Shown here: positions 1-8,945 of the stretch, one piece after another
How positions within the stretch are numbered: position 1 is the first letter of the stretch
How the letters are laid out: each line of letters starts with the position of its first letter
Assembly (NCBI GenBank): GCA_050012475.1
Contig: JBEKHC010000056.1
Coordinates: 1 to 33,293 of the forward strand
Length of the DNA: 33,293 nucleotides
DNA from: Candidatus Velthaea sp.
GTDB lineage: Bacteria; Vulcanimicrobiota; Vulcanimicrobiia; Vulcanimicrobiales; Vulcanimicrobiaceae
Direction of reading: 5' to 3'
Notes under the pieces: generated by a model
Told to the model about the DNA's origin: nothing
The model's input: the letters and a program-made list of their open reading frames with translations, nothing else
Databases searched by the model: none
Made by a program: the position numbers and the translations under genes

Positions 1-138
1 TTCAGCATGGGGCAGATCTTCTATTTCCTGTGCGTGCCCATCTTCATCGGCATCGTCGCGGCGTACTCAATGGAACGTCTCGCCAAGACGCATCCGGATG
101 CCACGACCATTGCGGCCGAACCAACCCTCGCCCACTGA
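1..138 (+). CDS. C-terminal fragment of a membrane protein, probably an MFS transporter (5' truncated by window edge)
   Basis: Frame 1 is open from base 1: FSMGQIFYFLCVPIFIGIVAAYSMERLAKTHPDATTIAAEPTLAH*. One hydrophobic helix, then a short polar tail, like the last TM of MFS permeases. Followed by a GC-rich hairpin. Confidence 0.55.
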   Translation, partial: FSMGQIFYFLCVPIFIGIVAAYSMERLAKTHPDATTIAAEPTLAH

Positions 139-156
139 GCAATTGCATTCGCATCC

Positions 157-194
157 CGGCGTCGAGATAAGGCCTGGCCTCATTCTCGACGCCG
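157..194 (+). terminator. Stem-loop downstream of first CDS (possible terminator or mRNA 3' stabiliser)
   Basis: CGGCGTCGAGA (157-167) pairs perfectly with TCTCGACGCCG (184-194), with inner AGGC/GCCT pairing; no U-tract. Confidence 0.4.
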
Positions 195-689
195 CAAGTC
201 GAAATGTTTACGGCGGCATTCGGGTCAAGCTCGCCTTCGTTCGTGGGGCGCATCGCGCTCGGGCGGAGCAAAGTGGTTCGCGCGTTGAGACAGAAGTCGC
301 CGATGAAAAGGCAGCCGATGAGCGCGAGTCTTTCAGAAACAAAGGTCTCTCGGGAAATAGGGCTTTTCGAAAGTCGGGAGGTAACGGCGAAAGCCGCAAA
401 AGTCCATTCGGTTTTACCATTTCGCCAGGACGTGGTCTCCTCAATTGCATTTCGCAACGGCGACACCTGAAAAACGCCAGCGCATTCGGGCTTTGCATTG
501 TCGGTTAGACCAAATCTCTGTCGTCACAATCCCGGCCGGAAACGACGGTGTGCACGCGTCACGCTCGTCGAAGCAAAAGCGGCCGTGGAAGTGGTAATCA
601 CGCTTTCATGGACGCGAGCGAATCTTTTGTTCCATTGCCAAGCATGCGCTGCGCTGGCATTTGCGCGTCAAAGTGCCGATAATAGGAGC

Positions 690-1061
690 ATGGAACAGAT
701 CAATAGCTTTCTTCGCTCGATCCATCGGAAAGCTACGAACCGTAAAGAACTAGCCGTCGCAGCATTGGCACTTGCTCTCGTCCCGTGCGCCGCCCAAGCC
801 GGGATGACGCGCCTTGCGTGCACCAGCGCAGCCACCGCTCCCGTGCGGCTGGAACTCGCTGCCGAAAAATCCTTTGCATCCGGCAAATACCTTCCAGCGT
901 ACTCGGAATTGGAGCAGGCCGCGCTCAATCGGGTTGCCTGCAAGACGCAGACGCGCGGTCGCGCCGGCCTCTGGAATACGTATTCTGCGGCGCAAGACTA
1001 TTTCGAGCTCGCGTTCCTCTCCAGCGTCGTGAATACGCCGCTACCGAAAACAACGCGCTGA
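690..1061 (+). CDS. Hypothetical secreted protein, 123 aa
   Basis: AGGAG immediately before ATG690 (very short spacing); basic N-region then signal-peptide-like LAVAALALALVPCAAQA (AxA site); no recognisable domain. Confidence 0.5.
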   Translation: MEQINSFLRSIHRKATNRKELAVAALALALVPCAAQAGMTRLACTSAATAPVRLELAAEKSFASGKYLPAYSELEQAALNRVACKTQTRGRAGLWNTYSAAQDYFELAFLSSVVNTPLPKTTR

Positions 1062-1083
1062 CAACAGCGAGAACGAGCGCCGG

Positions 1084-1857
1084 CTAAAAGACCGGCGCTC
1101 GTTTTTCCAGGAAAGCGCGGATGCCTTCCTCATAGTCGGCACCAAAGTAGATGTCGCGGCGTATGCCGTGCAGATACTCGAACGTCGAAGGGCTGATCGC
1201 GACGGATTGGCCTCGCAAGACGTGCAGCTGTTCGCGCAAACCGGCAACCGCCACCGACGACCGCTTTGCGATGACTTTCGCCATTTCGTACGTCCGCGTC
1301 TCGAGCTCGTTCGCGGGAACGATCTCGTTGACGATGCCGACGCGTTCGGCTCGCCCGGCCGCGATCGGATCGGCCGTAAAGAACATCTCCTTGACGACAT
1401 TGAGCGGCAAGCGCGAAACGAAGCGCTGCAGTCCGGCGATGTTGTAGGGAACGCCGATCTTCACCGGCGTGATCGCGAAGGTGCACGTTTCATCGCCCAA
1501 GATGATATCGCAGGCCATGATGAGCTCGCACGCGCCGCCCCACACGGATCCGTGAACCATGGCAATGATCGGCGCCGGATATTCATCGACCGCGCGCAGC
1601 AGGACTTCGAGCGGATCGCCGTACGGCAACGGATCGATGCCGACGCGCGGAAGCTCTTCGACGTCGTGACCGGCAGACCAAACCTTCGCGTCTTCCAAGG
1701 CGCGCAGGACGATGACGCGCACCTTTTCGCCCTTGCAGCGGTCGAAAGCGGAAATGATCTCACTGATCATAGCGGTGCTCAACGCATTGCGTCGCTTGAA
1801 GTGATCGAACGCGATCGTCGCAATCCGATCTTTGATCTCAAGTCGGATGAGTGACAT
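1084..1857 (-). CDS. scpB: Methylmalonyl-CoA decarboxylase (crotonase superfamily, ScpB/YgfG type)
   Basis: KVWSAGHDVEELP, DPLPYGDPL, GSVWGGACE, TPVKIGVPYN, DYEEGIRAFLEKRAPVF match my recollection of E. coli ScpB; AAGGGG RBS before ATG1857. Confidence 0.88.
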   Translation of the reverse strand: MSLIRLEIKDRIATIAFDHFKRRNALSTAMISEIISAFDRCKGEKVRVIVLRALEDAKVWSAGHDVEELPRVGIDPLPYGDPLEVLLRAVDEYPAPIIAMVHGSVWGGACELIMACDIILGDETCTFAITPVKIGVPYNIAGLQRFVSRLPLNVVKEMFFTADPIAAGRAERVGIVNEIVPANELETRTYEMAKVIAKRSSVAVAGLREQLHVLRGQSVAISPSTFEYLHGIRRDIYFGADYEEGIRAFLEKRAPVF

Positions 1858-1876
1858 GAGCGCTTGCCCCTTATGG

Positions 1877-1927
1877 TGCAAATGTCAGGCCAGGTGAATT
1901 CGACTCACTGACAGCCTGACCTTTGCA
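1877..1927. promoter_or_regulatory. Long imperfect inverted repeat just upstream of the scpB RBS
   Basis: TGCAAA-T-GTCAGGC ... GCCTGAC-C-TTTGCA with inner GTGA/TCAC pairing. Confidence 0.4.
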
Positions 1928-1995
1928 AAGTTGCTGCGTAGATTTTACCTCGATCGCGAACCGAAGCACGGTTGCGTCGGTGCCTGAATATCCCA

Positions 1996-3033
1996 TCATG
2001 CAATCCGCACGATGCCGCCCGTCGCAGCGGCCTTCTTCACCGCCTCGATGACTTTTAATGCTTCCAGGCCTTCGCGACCCGACACCAGCGGCGCTTCGCG
2101 GCGGCGGATGACGTTCACGAATTGCCGAATCTGCAGCGTCAGCGGGTCTTGGTCCTCGAATGCAACGCGCTCGCGCTCGATCGGTTCCATCCAGCTTCGC
2201 TTTTCCTTGTTGTACCAGACATCGAGATAGGGGATCGTCAACGACCCCTGCCTACCGCCGATGAAATAACACGACTCGCCAGTATGCGGATACGCGGGAT
2301 TCTCGCCGGTCGTCAGTTCCCAGCTCCAAGGCGCGACCACGGCATCCGAGACATTGATCGTTCCGAGCGCGCCGCTTCGGAACCGCAGCAGAATGACCGC
2401 CGCGTCCTCGACCTCGTTCCCGCGATGCTCGTTCGTCTCGAGCGCCTGGACGGACACCACGTCACCGCACAGGTAACGCAAGTCATCGACGTCGTGGATC
2501 AAATTGAGAAAGATCGGGCCGGCGCCTTTCTGCGTGCGCCACTCCACATCAAAATAGTCATCCGGCTTCAAGAACCAACAGAAGCCGTGAACCGAGACGA
2601 TGTTTCCCAACCGCCCGGAATCGACGATCTCCTTCGCCTTCTGGATCATCGGATTGTGCCGCCGGTGATGACCCGTGAGCAGCGGCACGTGGGCTTTGGC
2701 CGCCGCAGCGACGAGCTTCGTCGCTTCCGCGACGTTGACGGCAAGCGGCTTCTCGACCAACAGCGGGATGCCGGCAGCGATCACTTCGAGCCCGTTTTCG
2801 AGGTGGAGCTGATTGGGCGTTGCGACGATGACGCCCTCGGGCGTCACGCTTTCGCGCATCGCGGCGAACGATCGGAACCATTGCACCCCGTGTTCGGCGG
2901 CGATCGCACGCCCGGCGTCCGAAGGATCGACGACCGCGACGAGTTCCGCGGTCGGCTCTGCAAGAACGTGCTCGATGTGGCGCTTTCCGACCAGGCCGGC
3001 CCCCATCACCGCAAGCGTTACCGGTGCAGCCAC
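1996..3033 (-). CDS. Gfo/Idh/MocA family oxidoreductase
   Basis: GAGLVG Rossmann motif, VATPNQLH, VEKP, GHHRRHNP, NLIHDVD. Confidence 0.92.
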   Translation of the reverse strand: MAAPVTLAVMGAGLVGKRHIEHVLAEPTAELVAVVDPSDAGRAIAAEHGVQWFRSFAAMRESVTPEGVIVATPNQLHLENGLEVIAAGIPLLVEKPLAVNVAEATKLVAAAAKAHVPLLTGHHRRHNPMIQKAKEIVDSGRLGNIVSVHGFCWFLKPDDYFDVEWRTQKGAGPIFLNLIHDVDDLRYLCGDVVSVQALETNEHRGNEVEDAAVILLRFRSGALGTINVSDAVVAPWSWELTTGENPAYPHTGESCYFIGGRQGSLTIPYLDVWYNKEKRSWMEPIERERVAFEDQDPLTLQIRQFVNVIRRREAPLVSGREGLEALKVIEAVKKAAATGGIVRIA

Positions 3034-3035
3034 GG

Positions 3036-3497
3036 CTATGCCTGCGCGGCTTTCTCGCTCTCGTCGATCAACCGCCCCAACCGCTGCAGCGCGAGCTGAT
3101 AACCTTGGGTTCCAAACCCGGCGATGACGCCGGTCGCCTTCGCCGAAACAAACGAGTGATGTCGAAAGGCTTCGCGCTGATGGACGTTCGAGATGTGCAC
3201 CTCGAAGATCGGGAACTCACAGGTGTTGAGCGCATCCAAGATCGCGATCGAGTAGTGGGTGAAGGCCGCGGGATTGATCACCATGCCCCCGGCGATCTCG
3301 CGGCTCTCGTGAATCCAGTCGATGATTTCGTACTCGCGATTGCTCTGATGGAAGCGCAGCTCCAGCTTCAGCGAATCCGCGAGCGCGCGACAGTCGCGCT
3401 CGACGTCAGCCAGCGTCTCGTAGCCGTAGATCTTGGGTTGACGCTTGCCGAGCAAGTTCAGATTCGGTCCGTTCAGCAAGTACACGATGCGGCTCAT
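3036..3497 (-). CDS. aroQ: Type II 3-dehydroquinate dehydratase
   Basis: [57 protein letters not shown] signature. Confidence 0.97.
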   Translation of the reverse strand: MSRIVYLLNGPNLNLLGKRQPKIYGYETLADVERDCRALADSLKLELRFHQSNREYEIIDWIHESREIAGGMVINPAAFTHYSIAILDALNTCEFPIFEVHISNVHQREAFRHHSFVSAKATGVIAGFGTQGYQLALQRLGRLIDESEKAAQA

Positions 3498-3572
3498 CAG
3501 GGTCCCTTTCGTTTCGAGTATATTGATGCTTGACGGCGTCTGCGCCGGTGCGACAGAGCGGCGAGCTTGATG

Positions 3573-4403
3573 TTACACGAGCGGTACGGTCAGTTGCTCG
3601 ATGACGGGCCGCGTGTCGGGCTCGATCCCGCGCCACCACGCGAACGCTTGCGCGGCTTGTTCCACGAGCATCCCAACCCCGTCGGCGACTCGCCGCACTC
3701 CGGCGCTCTGTGCCAAACGCAAAAAGGGCGTCAACCCTTTTCCGTACACGAGTTCGTAGGCCAGGCAGTCGGATCCGAACACGTCGGGGCTCAGCGGCGG
3801 CAGCTCACCGCGCAGGCTTGCCGACGTCGCATTCACGACGAGGTCGAAACGGCCGAACCGGCTGGCCGTCAACTCCGGGTAGCCGCTGACGGCAAACGTG
3901 CCGTAAGCAGCAAAATGTCGTTGCAGCGCTTCGGCTTTCGGGACCGTTCGATTGACCATCACGAATTCGGCCGGCTGCTGCTCCAAGAAGGGCAGCACGG
4001 CGCCCCGTGCGGCGCCCCCCGCGCCGAGCATGAGCACGCGACGCCCGCGCATCGGACAACCGTAATTTCCTTGGATGTCGTTCACGAGTCCAAGACCGTC
4101 GAAGTTGTCGGCCACGACCCGTTCGCCGTCGAACATCATCGCATTGACCGCACCCGCAAGCCGGGCGCGTTCTTTGAGTTCGGTCGCATACGCGAAGGCG
4201 TCGAGCTTGAAGGGCGCGGTGATGTTGAGGCCTCGACCGCCGCCCGCCCGAAACTCATCGACCACCGCATTGAAACCGCCGATCGGCGCCTCGAGGGCGA
4301 CGTACTCGATGTTCTGTCCGGTCTCGCGCGCGAACGTGAGGTGGATCAACGGCGACTTGCTGTGGCCGATCGGATTTCCGATCACCGCGTAGCGGTCGTT
4401 CAT
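3573..4403 (-). CDS. aroE: Shikimate dehydrogenase
   Basis: GNPIGHSKSP, NITAPFK (catalytic Lys), GAVN, NFDG, GAGGAARG, NRT, NATS, DGVGMLVEQAA. Confidence 0.95.
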   Translation of the reverse strand: MNDRYAVIGNPIGHSKSPLIHLTFARETGQNIEYVALEAPIGGFNAVVDEFRAGGGRGLNITAPFKLDAFAYATELKERARLAGAVNAMMFDGERVVADNFDGLGLVNDIQGNYGCPMRGRRVLMLGAGGAARGAVLPFLEQQPAEFVMVNRTVPKAEALQRHFAAYGTFAVSGYPELTASRFGRFDLVVNATSASLRGELPPLSPDVFGSDCLAYELVYGKGLTPFLRLAQSAGVRRVADGVGMLVEQAAQAFAWWRGIEPDTRPVIEQLTVPLV

Positions 4404-4498
4404 GCGCGAACGGTCTTCGCGGCCAACTCGCCGGCCGCGGTCTGTGCCTGCGGCCTAGTCCGGGCTTGATACGTCATCGGTAGGCTCCTACGCAGCGG

Positions 4499-5440
4499 CT
4501 ACGCTTTGCCGGGATACGCGGTCGTTGAGAACTCGATGCCCTTGACGCACGCCACGAGCGTCTGGTTGACGGGCGTCGGTACGCCGTATTTTTCGCCCGA
4601 GCGAATGACCGCACCATTGATGAAGTCGATCTCGGTTGGCGTGTTGTTTTCGAGACTTTGCAGCATCGAGGCTTTGAATTCCGGCGGCAACCCTTGCGCT
4701 GCCTTGATCCACGATTGGCGCGGGTCGTCCGTCGACAACCTGACCCCGGCCGCCCTCGCGACCGCCATTCCCTCAGCGACGGCAGCCGTCGCGCAGGCTT
4801 CGAGGTCGGGGACGCGGTACAGGCCGCCGTACGTCAGGCGAGTGATCGCGCTCAGCGCTCCGGTCGCGACGTTGATCAGCAGCCTGTCCCACATGACGGC
4901 CATGATGTTGTCGCTGACGATCGTGAGCAGCTTGGCCCGATTGAATTCGTCGGCGACGGCTCGCACGCGGTCGGTGATCGAACCGTCGAGTTCGCCGATG
5001 ATCGTTTCTTTGCCGGCGGTCGTGGCACGGACATGCCCGGCGCCGAGAAACACCCCGCCGGCATACGTCTTTCCGCCCAAGACGCGTTCGCGCCCAACGA
5101 CGTCGGCAATGATGTCTTCATGACCCAGGCCATTTTGGAGCGACATGACCAGCGTGTTGCTGCCGATGATCGGCGCCGCGCTTTCGACGGCCTGACGGGT
5201 GTGAAATGATTTGACCAATACGATGACCAGATCGGCTACGCCGATACCGTCGCAACTGGTGCGGGCGTTGACCTTCACCGTCCGCTCGACGTCGCCGTCG
5301 CGCATGCGAAGCCCAATGGCGTTCATGACGTCGACGTGCTCCTTGTAACTGTCGATCAGCCACACGTCGGATCCGCCCTCCGTCAGCGTTCCGCCGATGG
5401 TACAGCCGGCGGCACCAGCGCCGACGACGCATACTTTCAT
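4499..5440 (-). CDS. panE: Ketopantoate reductase (PanE/ApbA) family protein, copy 1; catalytic Lys replaced by Arg
   Basis: GAGAAG, LVKS, LQNG, ASMLQ, TEIDFING; WDRLLIN where the family has WxKLxxN. Confidence 0.88.
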   Translation of the reverse strand: MKVCVVGAGAAGCTIGGTLTEGGSDVWLIDSYKEHVDVMNAIGLRMRDGDVERTVKVNARTSCDGIGVADLVIVLVKSFHTRQAVESAAPIIGSNTLVMSLQNGLGHEDIIADVVGRERVLGGKTYAGGVFLGAGHVRATTAGKETIIGELDGSITDRVRAVADEFNRAKLLTIVSDNIMAVMWDRLLINVATGALSAITRLTYGGLYRVPDLEACATAAVAEGMAVARAAGVRLSTDDPRQSWIKAAQGLPPEFKASMLQSLENNTPTEIDFINGAVIRSGEKYGVPTPVNQTLVACVKGIEFSTTAYPGKA

Positions 5441-5567
5441 GCGCTTTTCATCTCCATTGATAAATAGCAGCTGCGTTTGCGCGCGACAAAGACCAAAGCA
5501 TGTGCGGCGCCGGCCGCTCGCCGCCGGCTATCCCCGATCGAATTTCCGATGAGCGCGTCGCGGCCGT

Positions 5568-6818
5568 TCACGCGCGGGGGGTCTTTCCGGCCAACTCGGC
5601 GACGGCGGCCTCCGCGTACAGCACGCCGTCGTGCATCATCGCGTCGATGTCGGCCGGCGGATACCCGAGGCTCGAAGCAATCTCGCGATTGTGCTGGCCC
5701 ATCAGCGGTGCCACACTGCGCGGCGACGTGTCGCAATCGGAGAACCGGAACGGCAGATTCGGCAGCCTCACGCGGCCGAGCACGGGATGGTCCTGCTCGA
5801 CGATCATCCCGCGGGCGGCAACCTGCGGATCTGCCAAGACTTGATCGATACTCTGCACCAGCGCGGCCGGAACCCCCGCGGCATCGAGCGCGGCGATGCA
5901 CGCCTTGACCGACGGCTGCGCCATCGTCCAGTCGCTCACGTATTGGAGGGCGTGCACGCGATTGGCATTCCGGCTTGCCGGATCGAGGAATCGCGGGTCG
6001 CCCGCGAGTTCATCGCCGCCGATCAATCGCGCCAATCGCTTCCAAGCATCGTCGACCTGCGCGGCGATGACCAGGCATCCGTCGCGTGCCGCGAAGACGC
6101 CGTAGACGGTCGACTCGGGCAAATCGTGGCCCGTCTGCACCGGGATCTCCTTGCCGCCGCTGAGCGTATACGCTTGCACCGCGTAGTCGTGGATGGAGAT
6201 CATGCAGTCGTACAGCGCGATGTCGACCTGTTGGCCCTTGCCCGTGGTCGCCCGCCCGACGAGCGCCGCGCAGACCGCCGCAACGCCATGGACGCCGGCG
6301 TACATGTCGGCGATCGGGATGCGCAGCAGCGGCGGCATTTCGCCGGGTACGCCCAGCTGCGCCATCGCGCCGCTCTTTGCTTCGGCGATGAGGCCGAAGC
6401 CCGGACGCGCGGCGTCCGGTCCGGTGTGCCCGTACGCGGACACCGAGCAGTAGACGAGCCGCGGGTTCAACGTCGAGAGCTCTTCGTATCCGAGCCCGAG
6501 TTTGTCGAGCGCACCCGGCCGGTAATTTTCGACGAAGACGTCAGCGGTTTGGACGAGCTTATGCAGCATCTCCAGGCCGCGCGGGTCCTTGAGATTAACG
6601 CACAACCCTTGCTTGCCCATGTTCTGCTGCAAAAAATAGCCGCTTTGGCCGTTGATGAAATATTGATGCGCGCGTCCGGCGTCGCCGGCCGTCGGCCGTT
6701 CGACCTTGATGACGTCGGCCCCAAGCGCGGACAAGCAGCGCGAAAGAAACGGGCCGGCGAGAAAGTGACTGTAGTCGATGACTTTGATGCCCGTGAGGGG
6801 CAACGGCTGAGTCGCCAT
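5568..6818 (-). CDS. CaiB/BaiF (family III) CoA-transferase
   Basis: PLTGIKVIDYSHFLAGP, LGADVIKVE, ADVFVENYRPG, SAYGHTGP, catalytic Asp in IADMYAG, APLMGQHN. Start abuts the MaoC stop (TGA-ATG). Confidence 0.95.
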   Translation of the reverse strand: MATQPLPLTGIKVIDYSHFLAGPFLSRCLSALGADVIKVERPTAGDAGRAHQYFINGQSGYFLQQNMGKQGLCVNLKDPRGLEMLHKLVQTADVFVENYRPGALDKLGLGYEELSTLNPRLVYCSVSAYGHTGPDAARPGFGLIAEAKSGAMAQLGVPGEMPPLLRIPIADMYAGVHGVAAVCAALVGRATTGKGQQVDIALYDCMISIHDYAVQAYTLSGGKEIPVQTGHDLPESTVYGVFAARDGCLVIAAQVDDAWKRLARLIGGDELAGDPRFLDPASRNANRVHALQYVSDWTMAQPSVKACIAALDAAGVPAALVQSIDQVLADPQVAARGMIVEQDHPVLGRVRLPNLPFRFSDCDTSPRSVAPLMGQHNREIASSLGYPPADIDAMMHDGVLYAEAAVAELAGKTPRA

Positions 6819-7283
6819 TCAGCCCTCGAACGTTCCGGGCCGGCGCGGGATCATGAGGCGATGCTCGCCGAGCTGAACCACCTCGCCGTGCTGGTTGATC
6901 AGCTCCGAGGGCAGCACCACGATGCCCCAGCCAACGCGTCTGGTAAGCCGCGCGCTGCCGACCTTGAACTTTACGTGAACCGTATCGCCCAGCTTGATCG
7001 GCAACCTGAAATCCCACGTCCAGCCCAGCGACATCCCCGGCACGAAGCGATACTCGGCGCGCGTTTTCAGACCGTCGGCCAACGACAAGCCCAACAGTCC
7101 ATGCGCGACGCGCGTGCCGAAGGGGGTGGTCTTGGCATATTCCTCGTCGACGTGCACCGGCGTGAAGTCACCGGTCATCTCCGCATACGTGTTGACCATC
7201 GCCTCCGTCACCGTGACCGACGCAGTGGTGGCCTCGTCTCCGACGGTGGCATCGTCCCAATAGCGCTCGCCGGTAGCTGTCAT
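6819..7283 (-). CDS. MaoC-like (R-specific enoyl-CoA hydratase/dehydratase, hot-dog fold)
   Basis: YAEMTGDFTPVHVD (Asp...His dyad), PFGTRVAHG, FRLPIKLGDTV. Confidence 0.92.
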   Translation of the reverse strand: MTATGERYWDDATVGDEATTASVTVTEAMVNTYAEMTGDFTPVHVDEEYAKTTPFGTRVAHGLLGLSLADGLKTRAEYRFVPGMSLGWTWDFRLPIKLGDTVHVKFKVGSARLTRRVGWGIVVLPSELINQHGEVVQLGEHRLMIPRRPGTFEG

Positions 7284-7298
7284 GGCTTCTTCCTTTCG

Positions 7299-7685
7299 TT
7301 ATGCACGCGGGTTGATTGCCAGGGACTCGGCGACGGAATTCCCGCTCGCCTGAAGTATTTCGACGTTGAGACCATCGGGCAACGCGAGCCAATTCCGGCC
7401 TTGCGGCAACTCTTTCACGCCCCAGGCCTGCGCCTCGCGCAGCACCGCCTCCTGATCTTCGGCCATCACGCCCAAGTGCGCGAGCCGGCCCTCGGGCCCG
7501 GCAAAATCCGGATCGGCCATCAGCTGCAATCCCCCGATCGTCCAGACTTGGCGCGGCGCGTTTGGCTCTCCATCCACTTGACGGATCGTCATGCCGAGCA
7601 CATCGCGGAAAAAACGGACGTGCCAATCGATGTCCTTGACGCGGATCGCGGCGTGCTCGATATAGGCTTTCTTGGAATACGCCAT
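7299..7685 (-). CDS. VOC/glyoxalase family protein
   Basis: AAGGAG RBS then MAYSKKAYIEHAAIRVKDIDWHVRFFRDVLGM...LAHLGV...LPDGLNVEILQ (His/His/Glu metal-ligand pattern). Confidence 0.9.
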   Translation of the reverse strand: MAYSKKAYIEHAAIRVKDIDWHVRFFRDVLGMTIRQVDGEPNAPRQVWTIGGLQLMADPDFAGPEGRLAHLGVMAEDQEAVLREAQAWGVKELPQGRNWLALPDGLNVEILQASGNSVAESLAINPRA

Positions 7686-7726
7686 CGGCGCTCTCCTTGC
7701 TGAAAACGACGGCTGCGAAGCGGCGG

Positions 7727-8668
7727 TTAGGCTTTGCCGGGATAGGCGGTGAGTGACAACTCGATTCCCTTGATGCCGGCGACCAGCGTTTGATTGACGG
7801 GCGTCGGCACGCCGCACTTCTCGCCCCAACGAACGACCGAACCGTTGATGAAATCGACCTCGGTGACCGCACCGTTTTCGAGGCTTTGGAGCATCGACGC
7901 CTTGAACTCCGGCGGCAGTCCCTGTGCGGCTTTGACCCATGCTTCGCGCGGCTCGTCGGACGATAGTTTGACCCCGGCGGCTTGCGCCACCGCGATCGCT
8001 TCAGCGACGGCAGCGGTCGCGCAGCGCTCGACTTCGGGAATGCTGTACAGACCGCCGTACGTCAGTCTCGTGATGCCGCTGAGCGCTCCGGTTGCCACAT
8101 TGACCAGCAGCTTGTCCCAGATGACGCCCATGATGTTGTCGCTGACCGTCGTCAAGAGCCCGGCGCGATTGAATTCTTTTGCCACCGCTTGCACGCGTGC
8201 GGTGAGCGATCCGTCGAGTTCGCCGATGATCGTCTCTTTGCCGCGCGTCGTGGCCCGCACGTGCCCCGGGCCGAGAAACACGCCGCCGGCATACGTCTTC
8301 CCCGCCAACACGTGCTCGCGACCGACGACATCGGCGATGATGTCCTCATGGCCCAGACCATTCTGGACCGACATCACCAGCGTGTCCTTGCCGATGATCG
8401 GCGCCGCTTCTTCGACCGCCTTGCGGGTGTGAAAGGATTTGACGAGCACGATGACAACATCGGCCGGCCCGATGCCGTCGCAGTTGGTGCGGGCCTTGAC
8501 CTTCACCGTCCGCTCGGTGTCGCCGTCGCGCATGCGAAGACCGATGGCGTTCATGACGTCGACGTGCTCCTTATAGCTGTCGATCAGCCAAACATCGGTT
8601 CCGCCCTCGGTCAGGGTGCCGCCGATCGTACAGCCTAACGCACCCGCGCCCACAACGCAGACTTTCAT
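7727..8668 (-). CDS. panE: Ketopantoate reductase (PanE/ApbA) family protein, copy 2 (motifs intact)
   Basis: GAGALG, VQNG, WDKLLVN, ASMLQ, TEVDFING; GGAG RBS. Confidence 0.9.
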   Translation of the reverse strand: MKVCVVGAGALGCTIGGTLTEGGTDVWLIDSYKEHVDVMNAIGLRMRDGDTERTVKVKARTNCDGIGPADVVIVLVKSFHTRKAVEEAAPIIGKDTLVMSVQNGLGHEDIIADVVGREHVLAGKTYAGGVFLGPGHVRATTRGKETIIGELDGSLTARVQAVAKEFNRAGLLTTVSDNIMGVIWDKLLVNVATGALSGITRLTYGGLYSIPEVERCATAAVAEAIAVAQAAGVKLSSDEPREAWVKAAQGLPPEFKASMLQSLENGAVTEVDFINGSVVRWGEKCGVPTPVNQTLVAGIKGIELSLTAYPGKA

Positions 8669-8916
8669 GCGCTCTCGATCTCCATTTCAGCAGACCTTGC
8701 GCTTGCAAGGGAGACATACGGTAGCTACGTGTTTCTTGTTGAACGCACCCGCACGGCGCGCATTGTTTTACGACATACTTCTTGCGCCGACCGGACAGAT
8801 TCGGGCGCCGAATCGATGCTGTTGATGGAGTGCGAAAGCGCTGCCATCAGTAGGCTTGCGCGAAGCTCTTATCGAGAAACCGCGATCGCAATCGCTTTCG
8901 CGTTGCGCTTTCTTTA

Positions 8917-8943
8917 GAGAAGTTGCCGCCGAGAAGTTGCCGC
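8917..8943 (+). repeat. 13-bp direct repeat (GAGAAGTTGCCGC x2)
   Basis: Identical copies at 8917-8929 and 8931-8943, right after the ADH stop codon. Confidence 0.6.
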
Positions 8944-8945
8944 GC

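Noticed and set aside
44..508. Short overlapping ORFs in the 140-690 gap
   Set aside because: No clear RBS or domain features, and mutually overlapping on both strands.
5631..7703. 690-aa plus-strand ORF, and similar long ORFs (10045-11280, 19094-21037, 24009-25607, 25552-27057, 27465-29348)
   Set aside because: Antisense or alternate-frame shadows of well-supported genes in high-GC DNA; Arg/Ala-rich with no motifs.
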